Assembly: GCF_001194135.2 (NCBI RefSeq)
Contig: NC_068983.1
Coordinates: 117,027,925-117,091,924 of the forward strand
Length of the DNA stretch: 64,000 nt
Reading direction: 5' to 3'
DNA from: Octopus bimaculoides
Taxonomy: Eukaryota
Below the pieces are notes generated by a model. That model was not told where the DNA came from. It was given only the letters and a program-made list of their open reading frames with translations, and made no database searches. The first letter of the stretch is position 1, and each line of letters opens with the position of its first letter. This document shows positions 24,771 to 36,749 of this stretch, in pieces. Made by a program: the position numbers and the translations under genes.

Positions 24771-26524
24771 TCACAGTCTTAAAGATATTAAATATTAAAA
24801 AAAACTACAAGACTAAAAGATACTTATATGGGAAATTGTTTTGGAGAAAACGAACAAAATATATGTTTCTTCGCGTCTTTTTGCATTTCAATTCTTGAAC
24901 AGTGCAGTGTCGATGAAGCAGAAATAGTGGTGAGGCTGATCTATAAATATAGATTGATAAAGAGAACATGAACAGGAAAGAGATTCTCCAGAAGTGCTTG
25001 GTGCGGATGACATGCTGCTGAAACAACCAGAAAAGGAGAGACCTGTTAATTTGAAATGCTTATCTAAGACTGGTACATAGTATTGTGGTACAAGACAATG
25101 AAATAAGAACCAATATAGTATAAAGGATTGAGATATAATACTGTGAGTTAGTGTGACAGAAGTTTGTTCCAGGGAAAAGATTCGGGCCCCTGTGGGAATT
25201 TTATATTTGGATATTATGTAGAGTGATTCTGTGTGGAGCAGCACCTCACAATTTCACAATTCTGTTGGCAATATGCTAGGATGGATTGCACACAGCTCCT
25301 TGTGTTTTCGAAGCTCTTTAGAATTGAAGTAAGAAAAGCCAAGCAGTTTTTCTTTGGCTATAGTGATGTGGTCTGTATTAAAATCCATCCGTTATTGTGA
25401 AAGCTAACATTGATAGCAACTGTTTTCCTTAGAAGTAGGAAGTGTTCAATTTTGTAGGATTGTTTCCTTTGTAAATGTAACAATTGTATTTAAGTTCTGC
25501 TGAGGGAGAATAAAGTGTCGCATTCATAATGCAAACTATTTGCAGTTTATTTAACGATGCGCTGAAAATTGTACGTGAAAGGGACACAATCGCACGACGT
25601 TACGGTTGTGATCGAGAGATTATCCTTACGAGTGTTATTGGTTAAAAGCAACAAGGAATATGCCATTAATGCAGAGAAAGTAGAATGTATGTTACAAGCA
25701 AATTTTATGATATACACGGATATTTAGAAGATTGTTCGTTAGTAAATGTTCCAGTGACACAAGCTGCAGAGACGACTTTTTTAATGCCAGTGACAAAAGA
25801 AAAGTAGAGCATATAAACGGATTTTTATAATAGATTTTCATGGTAAATAGGATTAAAGGATTTTCATAAAAAGTGTTTTGCAGAAATTCATGAAAATGAT
25901 ATGATGATGTACAATGCAAGATTGCAGGATTCCGTTACATACTCTGTGTGATTACGTATGATTATGTGTTTGTATGCTTATGTGTTTGTACAAGCATATC
26001 CAAGCGACATTAAATGTATGCGTTTCTATGGTAATCTAGTCTGGAATCTGTTGTTTTCCAAATAACTAGAGAAAATATTTGTGATTGCTAATGCGGATAT
26101 TGAAAGAGAAGTTGTATTTGGTAAATGAAATAAATTAAGAATGCAAGTAAATGAATATCCGGTATAAGAATGTCGTCAGCATTTAATTCCCCGAATATAA
26201 ATTAATGAAAATGTAACTTAATAGTATTGAGTATTACGAATAGCAGTTTGTAAAAATTACTACTGATACAGCAGCGACTTTTATTGTATTACTCAAGTTC
26301 TTCTCACTGCTGATAACAAAATATTCTTAAAAACGTATTACCAACAAAAGAACATTTATACATTGGTATTGTTCATTTAATTCACTAGTCATTATTTTAG
26401 TGAACTTCTAATATAGAAAGGCAAAGTACACCCAACCAGATTCTTAAAGTATAAACTTGCATGTCAGACATTTTATCTGGTGTTCTAAGAATTGTGTTAC
26501 TATATATTAATGTTGTTGTTGTTG

Positions 26525-26660
26525 TTCCGGCTTTTAAAGTTCTGCCTTCAAATCACGCTGAAGTCAACGTTGCTTGCCTCTTATCCTTCGGGATCAATAA
26601 TATAAAGTACAAGTCAAGTAATGAGGACCGTTGAAATTTTGGACTCGTGCCAAAATTTGT
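26525..26660 (+). mobile_element. Degenerate partial SINE family C
   Basis: GAAGTCAACGTTGC..TCCTTCGGGATCAATAATATAAAGTAC. Confidence 0.55.
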
Positions 26661-26689
26661 TGTTCACTGTGGTCTCCCTAAGCAACAGA

Positions 26690-27185
26690 ATAGAAAACTT
26701 GAAGCACCCAGGATATCAATCACAAAAACATAGTTGACATGACAGGTCTTAATTGCTAGGATCATCTCGAGAAGCTTAAATTTTATTCTTTCCTATGCCG
26801 CCGTGGCTGCTATATCACATGGAAATTATTCCAACAGAATTGCCCAAATGATGTTGGATTAAACTTTAAAATTCACTGAAGGCTTGGTTCCTGTGCCATC
26901 CTCTACAGAAATCATGCTTGCGTCAAGTCACAGCACTTTCACTTTAACTAGTCTTAGTATCTTTAGCATCATACCATAAGACATTAACGGAGGAAAAGAT
27001 CTCATAACATTCAAACGGTTCCTGGACGAATATCACCAACAAATTCCAGATAAAGCACTGACACTCAGCTATATCTCTGCAAACAATAACACTTTACTTG
27101 AATGGGCTACGGTGCCCAAAGGATGACTGAAATATGAAAAATCATTAAATGTCCTTTCTAGGTGGCGCTATTAAGTTAGTTTATG
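26690..27185 (+). mobile_element. CR1-group LINE 3' end, decayed
   Basis: GLNC*DHLEKLKFYSFLCRRGCYI resembles the Y..RL..L.LYSL.RRR motif; KRFLDEYHQQIPDK..NNTLLEW resembles the CR1 C-terminus. Confidence 0.6.
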
Positions 27186-27189
27186 ACCT

Positions 27190-27398
27190 CGGACAATTCT
27201 GGCTGAAACTATGCTAGGTATCTAATTAATGGTACTTCGTTTGCCGTTACGTTCTCAGTTCAAATTCAGCCGACGTCGTCTTTGCCTTCCATCCCTTCGG
27301 GGTTGATAAATTAAGTACCAGTAAAGCACAGGATTCGATTAGATCGACTCGTTCCCTTCCCCAAAATGGCTGTCCTTGTGGCAAAATTTGAAAATGAA
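27190..27398 (+). mobile_element. SINE family C
   Basis: CCGTTACGTTCTCAGTTCAAATTCAGCCGACGTCGTCTTTGCCTTCCATCC. Confidence 0.8.
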
Positions 27399-27399
27399 C

Positions 27400-29130
27400 T
27401 TGTTTTTATTAGCAAAAGAAAGTGAAAATGTTCTCTAGGGTGAAAAGTGAGATACTCTTTCCAATGAAAGATAAATGGATCAAATTTCAACAAGCAGTTC
27501 TTCAAATTTGTATTCATTTATTGAAAATGATAAACAGATTTCATATATTTCAATACTTATTGGAATCTAACATTAAGAAGGCATAACAACACAGCGCATA
27601 TTCTCATTTATGTAGGAGCCAAATTTTGCGTCGAGTATCAGTCTTGCATTTATTTCTCCTTTCAGAAAAATTCCACAACAATTCAATACCTTTTAGTGAC
27701 TCTGTGTCCAATATAGTATTTAGTCGACTCCAGAAAGTTTATAATTTACTTTATTTTCATTATTAATTACGTTTGTTTCTTATTCTGTTCATTTTCTACG
27801 AGAGCTTTTTCTCTGTTTGCGAAACAAAAAAAATTCACTTTTAGCTCTAGCACGGTAAACACTTTCACTTTCATGAAACAGTAAGACAAGCAAATAAAGA
27901 ATTTCAGTTTCTTGCTACCACTTTTTATTCTTTAATATTTTTTAAAACTTCTGCAAATTTTTTGTACAACTCATATTCTCAGTTATTATTATTGTTAAGT
28001 CGGCGAGCTGGCAGAGTCGTTAGCACGCTGGACGAAATGCTTAGTGGTATTTCGGCCGTTGCTACGTTTTGAGTTCACATTCCGCCTAGATCGATTTTGT
28101 CTTTCTTCCTTTCGGGCCGATAAATAAAGTACCGGTGAAACACTGGAGTCAATGTAGTCGACTCATCCGCTCCCCCTATTTTATGCCTTGTATCTTTTGT
28201 AGAAAGAAGTATTATTATTATTGAGGTGGCGAGCTAGCAGAATCACTAGCACGCCGGACAAAATACTTAGCGGTATTTCGTTCAAATTCCGCCGAAGTCG
28301 ACTTTACCTTTCATCCTAACGGGACCGATAAAATAAGTGCCAGTTGAGCACTGGAATCGATGTAATCGACTTAACCGTACACCCGAAATTGTTGGCCTTA
28401 TACCAAATTTTCAAACCATTGTTATTATTTATAAGATTTCTTTTAATTGAAATCAAAACATTTTCCTACAAAAAGCGCGTAAAGTTAAAGATATTCTTTT
28501 CAAAATAATTTTAAAAAAAACTTGTTTCTCTTAGCAAAAGAAAGCGGAAATGTTTTCCAGGGTGAAAAGTGAGATACTCTTTAAGATGAAGGATAAATGG
28601 ATCTGATATGAGCAAATAATTCTTCAAATTTGTATTCATTAATTGAAAATGATAAACAGATTTCATATATTTCAATACTTCTTGTAATCTAACATTAGGA
28701 AGGTATAACAACACAGCGCATATTCTCATTTATGTAGGAACCAAATTTTTGCGTCGAGTATCAGTGTTACATGTATTTCTCCTTTCAGAACAATTCCACA
28801 ACAATTCAATACCCTTTAGTGACTATGTATCCTATATAGTATTTAGTCAACTCCAGAAAGTTTATAATTCACTTTATTATCATTATTGATTACATTTGTT
28901 TCTTATTCCGTTCATTTTTACGAGAGCTTTTTCTCTGTTTGCAAAAATAAATATTTCACTGTTAGCTCTAGCACGGTAAACACTTTTACTTCGATGAAGC
29001 AGTAAGACAAGCAAGTAAAGAATTTCTTTTTCTTCTTACCATTTCTTATCCATTATTATTTTTTAACACTTCTACAAATTTTTTACACAGTTTTCTTATC
29101 TTTTAAAACTTCTGCAAATTTTGCACTAAA
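27400..29130. repeat. Diverged local direct duplication: ~570-bp unit at 27400-27965 and 28515-29090
   Basis: Colinear long identical blocks, e.g. TTCTTCAAATTTGTATTCATT and AACAACACAGCGCATATTCTCATTTATGTAGG. Confidence 0.92.
27997..28435 (+). mobile_element. Two head-to-tail SINE family C copies joined through (TTA)n
   Basis: GGCGAGCTGGCAGAGTCGTTAGCACG near 28001 and GGCGAGCTAGCAGAATCACTAGCACG near 28228, each preceded by TTA repeats. Confidence 0.88.
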
Positions 29131-29599
29131 AATTTTATTTTCACTTTATATTTAAACAAGTTTAGCTATGGAACGAAATCGAAGATCAACAAAAGAAATG
29201 AGACAAAAGACGCAGAGAAGGAAATAAGTGAAACCTTATGACAACGACACAGATAAGACGAGCCAGCGTGGCTGAAAAAGAATATGCAGCATATCTACAG
29301 AATCAACATATATATGCAAAGAGAGAGAAACGCGACGAAATAACATGATTAGTTGCTTAATTTGAGAAATGGTATAAAAGAAGAAAACATCAAATGCAAT
29401 TTAGCAGTCCAATTTGCTTCCTTCGGGAAATTTCCTAACACTAGTACGATGTCATAAGACGAAATCAGAATGAAAAATTTGAACCGTGCACCATCAGAGA
29501 AATTATAAATCTTGCCTGTATATTAATGCTTTGTGCCTTAGAAATGGGCATCTATAGTTTTGTCATAATGGTAAAAAACGTCTTTGATGCGAATAATGA

Positions 29600-30290
29600 G
29601 TCACAATAATTTCGAATAATATCTGAAAATAATATAATTGAGCAGATTCCTTTACTTGATTCGATGCACAAATTACTAACCCCGAGGGAAAGATATCGTT
29701 CTACTTCAAAATTTCTTTCTACTTTTACACAGAAATGGATCGCCAGAGTACGGTCGACTTTATATTCTTCATGCCATTGAAGATTCACAATACTTGACGG
29801 AGATAATACAATACTTGATAGAAATGCTGACTAAGGGCTTATTACCTGCTCGATTTGTTCCACAAATGAGACGAGGCAGTGGCCTCCAAATACCTGCACA
29901 GAGGCCTTTGTGTTTCTTCGTCTAAGTTACGGTAGCGTTCGAAGCACAGTTTTAGCGCTTATCTGAAAGCTTTCTTCTCGTTCTTTACTCGACATGTGTA
30001 GTTTATTACAAATTTATAATTTAAACCGTAGCTTTGTGAGTTCCATATAACCAAAGTTCCGTTCTTCAGAAAAACAAACGAAAAGCTGATAAAGAAAGCA
30101 GATTTACACAATTCCCTTAGGAGATTTAACTGAGGGTGCCGAGTAGACGGTATCTGATAACGTGGACCGTTCAGAATAAATGATAGTAATAAAAGTAAAA
30201 AAAAGACAAAGTATATTAAAACGGAACAGTACTACGGGAAACTTTATGTGGGGCATAGCTACAATATGAGAATATTCTGCCAGATTTACG
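29600..30290 (+). mobile_element. Highly degenerate REL-class LINE C-terminal region (possibly NeSL/HERO-like)
   Basis: Broken frame gives CSICSTNET...NTC (CCHC-knuckle-like), then LSYGSVRSTVLALI and TIPLGD; several stops. Confidence 0.35.
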
Positions 30291-30309
30291 CTTAAAATTT
30301 ATCATTGTT

Positions 30310-30612
30310 TTTTGTCTCGAAGCGTTGAGATGTATTGTAAGATAGAGAAATAAATTTATTTCTCAAACGCGTAATAATGCTATAAATAGCGTGGTCAGGA
30401 TAAATTATCCATATATTGCAGAAAAATACGTTACCGGTCAGCCATGAGACAGGAACTCACATCTCCGTGATTACATATCAAGTGTTTTACAATTAAACCA
30501 AACTGCCCAGAAACGAATTCATCTGTAATTTTAGAACTTATAAATTTAGCTTCTTTCTGCATTATATGGATAATTTATCCTGATCACGCTATTTATAGAA
30601 TTATCACGCGTT
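30310..30612. mobile_element. Foldback element with internal tRNA-like cassette; right arm runs into a gap
   Basis: 30366-30424 vs reverse complement of 30554-30612 are 55/59 identical; homologous to 3690-4130. Confidence 0.85.
30436..30507 (-). tRNA. tRNA-Thr(TGT)-like sequence, non-canonical/pseudogenic
   Basis: Acceptor GGCAGTT/GGCTGAC 6/7 paired, D stem GTTT/AAAC, anticodon stem 4/5, T stem GTGAG/CTCAT; T loop altered (TTCCTGT), A33; T5 run downstream. Confidence 0.5.
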
Positions 30613-31100
30613 NNNNNNNNNNNNNNNNNNNNNNNNNNNNNNNNNNNNNNNNNNNNNNNNNNNNNNNNNNNNNNNNNNNNNNNNNNNNNNNNNNNNNNNN
30701 NNNNNNNNNNNNNNNNNNNNNNNNNNNNNNNNNNNNNNNNNNNNNNNNNNNNNNNNNNNNNNNNNNNNNNNNNNNNNNNNNNNNNNNNNNNNNNNNNNNN
30801 NNNNNNNNNNNNNNNNNNNNNNNNNNNNNNNNNNNNNNNNNNNNNNNNNNNNNNNNNNNNNNNNNNNNNNNNNNNNNNNNNNNNNNNNNNNNNNNNNNNN
30901 NNNNNNNNNTCATTGTTTTCGAAGATTTCAAATTCTATTCTCAGAAATGGCCATGAGCTAGCGGTCTATACCATCCCTTATTTCCTTTTGTCCTGAAAAA
31001 CACTGAATGGAACTTCTTTCCTTTTTCCTCTCACTTTCTTGGTTTTGCTTTTTTGGGTTTACAAATTCTGTAAATAGTCATTCCTTTATTATTGCCTTTA

Positions 31101-31455
31101 GGAGTTGCAATGGCCCAGTGGTTAGGGCAGCGGACTCGCGGTCATAGGATTGCGGCTTCGATTCCCAGACCGGGCGTTGTGAGTGTTTATTGAGCGAAAA
31201 CACCTAAAGCTCCACGAGGCGCCGGCAGAGGATGGTGGTGAACCCTGATGTACTCTTCCACTCTTACTTCATGTTTCTGTTGTGCCTGTAATTCAAAGAG
31301 TCAATCTTCTCATACTGTGTGACGCTGAATATCCCCGAGAACTACGTTAAGGGTACACGTGTCTGTGGAGTGCTCAGCCACTTGCACGTTAATTTCACGA
31401 GCAGGCTGTTCCGTTGATCGGATCAACTTGAAACCGCGACGGAGTGCCAACAACA
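31101..31455 (+). mobile_element. SINE family B
   Basis: Colinear with 13089-13462, with small deletions. Confidence 0.9.
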
Positions 31456-32299
31456 TTATTGCCTTTAAGAGAACCGTTTATTTTTTTAGACATACACCTA
31501 AGTCCGTTTCCTTTAGTCTTATTAAATTATCTACGCTCATTAAGGCTCTTCACTCGTCAGTTGTTTTGCAGTCAAACAGGTCCACATGATTGGAGATACC
31601 TGCATCCGTGTGAGCTGCTACCTCATTTTCATGTTGACATCCTTCAGTTTATCTTTCCTCTATCGGATAATACCTGCTTCATACCCTATTAGTGATACTA
31701 CTAAAATAATTGTTGGTATGATAATTCACACTTAGAGTTTGGACTTTAATATCTTCACTAACGGGACCCGTGGATATTTCGCGGAATTAATAGTAAACCT
31801 ATTCGGTTATTTCTGAAAACTTTATCCAAAAAACCTGAAAGCGTAGCCTGTTTTGTGTCTGTATGGAAAGGCAGTCGCTCATCTGCTATTCATTGAAAGG
31901 TGAAGGAAATTGGAATCCGATGATTAATTAAGGCACTTTATATATATACCTTATATACTTTATGCACAACTTTATAGACTAAATACGCAACACCCATAAA
32001 ATATATATTCACTCTCATTTTTTCACTCTCCCCATAAACAAACAAAAAATATATTCTGTACATATGATACAACCTTTAGTTAAATTGCATGTATCTGCCA
32101 CGTAAATAAGCGTCAATATTTCACGGAATTGCACTTATGCACATATGCTAAGTGATCGGTGATATAAAAAACTTAGTTCAATCTAGAAAAATACACTTTT
32201 CACTATCCAGTCACCACTCCACCCCCATCTTCACTACCACCACCACCATCATCGTCATCTCTCTCTCCTCTTTCTCTCCTTTCTATCCTTTCTCTCTCT

Positions 32300-32355
<56 letters not shown>

Positions 32356-33457
32356 NNNNNNNNNNNNNNNNNNNNNNNNNNNNNNNNNNNNNNNNNNNNN
32401 NNNNNNNNNNNNNNNNNNNNNNNNNNNNNNNNTCTCTCTCTCTCTCTGCCTTTCGTTAATCTCACCATCAGAGCATCACCGTTCTGTTAAAATTATTACG
32501 TTACCCCAACCTCACGTCATGGACGCCTCTCTCTCTCTCTTTCTGCCTCACTCTTCGCCTCACCCTCTTCTTATTTCTTCTTTTCCCTTTTCCTCTCTTT
32601 CCTTGCAACTAATCATGTGAAAATATTACAATTAAATTCCCTCTACCTCAGGTCATGGACGTTTCTCTCTCCCTCTTTTTCTCTTTCCTTTTTTCTTTCC
32701 CCCTCTTTTTCTCTAATTGCATGAACGCGTTACCGACTGCTAAGTAATGCAATGACAAACAGAATTATTATAAGATTTATGAACATCTTTTTTACTGAGG
32801 AAATCGTTCATTTCACTTCTTTACGCTCTCCAATATCTGTAAGTTTCGTTCCATTCTAGACTTTGGTCACCTACTAACATGCAAATGTAACATCCTAATC
32901 CTTGTTGATACGCAAATCCATCAATTCCTAAATCCAGCTCATCTCAGCTGCCAGACTACGAACTGTATTTTCACTCCATTCCAAAGAGAGATGCTTACTT
33001 AGAATTCATTCACTGGTTCTCATTTCTCTCAACTCGACATCAACAATAGTGATTTCTATTTACTCAGTATATAATCTCTCTTGTATATTCACCCAAATAC
33101 ATTTGTACCTTTTATTGATCTTATAAGTCCTCTGACCATCAGAATTTTTAAGCCATACCTCCATATCTCCTCCTACGCAACGATGTCCAACAACTGAGGG
33201 CGAATTTAGTGCTTTCCTTGTTATCGCTGTCTGTAGCCATAGTTTAACCTAACATTTTAGCTTATCCCAAAACAAATTCATTTCTGTTGTGGTTTTTCCA
33301 TTGTATTCATAATGATCATTTGGACATCTATTTTGTATTTTTGGCTTTCTTGATACGTAATTGATTTTATATGTGTTTTGTTCATAGCTATTTAATATTA
33401 ATTTTCCACAGTTCTTTGCTAAATATTTTGTACTTCGATAGCAAATAATATATATAA

Positions 33458-33783
33458 AATGGCACTCCGGCGGTTAGGACGACGAGTGTTCCAGTTGATC
33501 CAATCAACGGGACAGCCTGCTTGTGAAATTAACATGCAAGTTGTTGAGCACCCCAAAGACACGCGTACATTTATCGCAGTTCTCAGGGAGATTCACCATG
33601 ACTCAGCATATAACTATGCCAGCCCTTTCAAATATAGGTACTACTCATTTTTTGCCGGGTGAGTGAAGTAGGACAGCGTGAAATATAGTGTCACGCTCAA
33701 GAACACGTCGCACTGCCGGTTTTAGAACTCACGACCTTACAATTATAAGCAGAATACGGTAACCACTAAGCCACAGCCTTCAC
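33458..33783 (-). mobile_element. tRNA-derived SINE sharing the family B 3' half but with a different central domain
   Basis: Minus strand: TGGCTTAGTGGTT head, TTCTTGAGCGTGACACTATATTTCACG..AAAAATGAGTA centre, then the family B-like tail ending GGAGTGCCA. Confidence 0.8.
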
Positions 33784-34079
33784 AAGAGATAATGCATAAC
33801 AGTTTTCTAATGATAGAAGTCCCTAACACACTACTTTCATGATAGATAAAATCTTACATTTAAATTATGTGTGGTGCATTCTAAATGCTCGTATTTTTCT
33901 TATTTTACTTTCTGTCTAATATTAGTAGCTTGCTTACCGTTAAGTCTATTGGATTATAACTCTAACTTATTAGTAGGGCACGTAAATTATTCATAACTTT
34001 TAGCTTATTCTTGGCATTTTGCTGTTATATGTATCCCTTTAATGTTTCTACGATACACCTTCCGTATGCTAACTTCGAT

Positions 34080-35100
34080 TATTGCATTGATAACCAAGTA
34101 CTTATTATGTCAGTCATTAGTTTAATTTTCTTATCAAGGTTTCTTTTACTAGCATGATGTTAGCGATCTTAATTTTCTCTTTTTAAGGTGGCTTGGTACA
34201 TTCTTCGAAACTGAATCTAATATTGATTTCTCATATCCATTTATCCTCAGCAGAAATGTTTATAGTTGTTTATCATTTATAGCAGACAGCTTGAGTTCAC
34301 TCATATTCAATAGATGGTTTATTATCTCATAGCATTTGTGTTTTAGTCCAGTACCTTGTATCATGTCCATTAAAAAGTGTTAGTATCAAATAAAGTGGAG
34401 GCGAGAACTATTATTCCTCTTTTAGTTTGTATCTGCAATATGGTTTATCATATACTCATGACATGTTGAATATATCATACAATTGTGACGTCTTTATCAC
34501 GATTAATGTTTCCTGGATTTACGTGTGAGGTGTACTAGCAAAACTATTTTGGTAACCGATCTATTCCATGCACAGACTCTTTTGACCTCTTCTTCAGTCT
34601 TTGGTTATGGATTTGTCAGTCAGTAGGAGATCTTTACACCTAAAAGACTTCTTGCATTATCTCTTCAACTTTTCTGGACGTAGATTGCATCCATGTGTGT
34701 TTCTGCAATATTATTCCCCGTCTGAAGAATTTGATCGTTTTTAATATCGGTGATTAAAATGCTTTTACTTTCTGTTTGATGTTGATCGCGTGTTTCTCAG
34801 GATGTCATTAAAGCTCTTTAAGAGCACCTTAGGTACATCTTTTAATTATTTTAACTATATTCTAATATTTCCAATGACTGTTCTGTGTTTTTAGCAATAC
34901 TTGTGTAGTGTTCCCTTACACTTCACTTCTTCATACAACCGTTAGTATTGCATACGTTTCTATTTTAGGTTTAGCAATTTCTTGTTAAAATCATTTTGGG
35001 TTAGAGTTGAACTGTATCTTTTGTTGAGGAAATCGATGTTGATTTTAATACTAAGTTATTCATTGGGATTTGGTGAGAATCTCTTGTTTCAAGCGATTTT
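34080..35100 (-). mobile_element. Degenerate Dong-like LINE RT fragment
   Basis: Minus strand EINIRFSFEECTKATLK corresponds to MNFGLEKCTKATFKRGK at 38049-38249. Confidence 0.55.
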
Positions 35101-35134
35101 CGATTTCGATAATTTTTCATTTTATATTACCGTG

Positions 35135-35344
35135 TGTGTGTGTGTGTACGTTTGTGTGTCCGTGCCCCCCCCCACCATTGCTTTACAACCGATGGTGGTG
35201 TGTTTACGTCCCCGTAACTTAGCTGTTTGGCAAAAGGGTCCGATAGAATAAGTACTAGGCTTAGAAAGAGTAAGTCCTGGAATCGATTCGTTCGACTAAA
35301 CGTGGTGCTCCAGCATGACAAATGTCTGAAAGAAATAAAACAAC

Positions 35345-35345
<1 letters not shown>
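35135..35345 (+). mobile_element. 3' half of SINE family A
   Basis: ACAACCGATGGTGGTGTGTTTACGTCCCGTAACTTAG..GATAGAATAAGTACTAGGCTT. Confidence 0.85.
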
Positions 35346-35438
<93 letters not shown>

Positions 35439-35804
35439 ATGTATGTATAAATATAGAATAGTGGTACAAGGTACCAATGTTTACTGGAAATTGTAGTCGA
35501 TAATTTTACGACGCTATAGTAAAGCTTCACTGTATATATTCTGCCAAAGATGTGTGCGGGCAGCAAACATAAAACCCGATATTACCTCTTCGAAGAACAT
35601 AAGATAAATAGACAACCGAGAATTGGGTAATCTAGGACCTAAGTTTCGGACTCTTCAAAATATGATTGTTATCGTAAATTTAATCAGTCCTCCTCAGCTA
35701 GATTCACCAAGACAAAATTTCAACATCAGTGCCTGTATAGTCGCCTGAACGCCTAGGCGTTAACAGGACCGAGAACAGTGTAAAATATATACATCAGAGC
35801 TAGT

Positions 35805-35990
35805 TCAAATTTATAGAAACACAAAGGACGAAGACAGGTGAAGGAACAACAAGCAAGTGTATTAGTTTGTTGGTCAGCAAAAATGGAAAAAGTATTTTAC
35901 GTTTCGAGCGTACGCTCTTCAAGTGAAAGGAAAAAGAGGAAATGAATAGAGAGAGAGAGAAAAAAATCTGCATCATACATGTAGTCGCAT
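35805..35990 (-). mobile_element. Penelope-type terminal repeat with hammerhead-like motif
   Basis: Homologous to 55022-55215; minus strand CTTGAAGAGCGTACGCTCGAAACGTAAAA. Confidence 0.55.
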
Positions 35991-36115
35991 ATTTTTTATA
36001 CTATGTATTGTATCACAACACATTCCTGCCCCTTTGTCCCACATTCAATTTTACGTAACCGCCCACAAAATTGTAACCTGTCTTTATACGTCTCCTTCAT
36101 GTGATGCCACCGTGC

Positions 36116-36188
<73 letters not shown>

Positions 36189-36200
36189 TATTAATTAATT

Positions 36201-36738
36201 AAGAAAGCAACACATGCCATTATTCGTACGCCGGGGTACTAATAGACGAAGCCCAATATTCCCATCATGACTACCCGTCTGATAAGACACTTGCATCACA
36301 TCTATATGTGCGTGACATGATGATTTTTTATAATGATAAACAGCGCATGACCTAGCAGGTGGGACCCAGTTAGAGTTTTCTCAGGCCGAGCAGCCCATCC
36401 CACTCAAAGTCCCTGAGTACGGATTATTTAAGGATGTCGAACGAAACGCCCATGCTTCCCAATGTGAATTATTCAAATTCGAAAGAATTCATCTCAACAC
36501 AAAGCTATGATTCTCCCCCACTACTTCTACTCGTGATCAGAGATGCACATATCGTCAGCCACCAAGGGACATGCTCAACTGGTTATGGTCAAACAACGGA
36601 CAAGCAAATCTTGGTATTGAGCAGAATATTTGCTGCAGCCCAATTTTAACACCAAAACAAAACATGTAAATGATAGCACTTCCAAAAAGTTAAAACCAGA
36701 AGTCATGAGAGACACTGTCTGGTACTGCATCAGGGCAT
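36201..36738 (-). mobile_element. Second copy of the ~550-bp (TAA)n-flanked element
   Basis: Colinear with 4550-5106; TTA tracts at 36117-36190 and 36738-36749. Confidence 0.8.
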
Positions 36739-36749
36739 TTTATTATTAT

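Noticed and set aside
24830-25450. Possible ancient CR1/L2 RT fragment on the minus strand
   Set aside because: QHVIRTKH and FCFIDTALF only faintly recall QHGFR and F.DF.KAFD; too weak to call.
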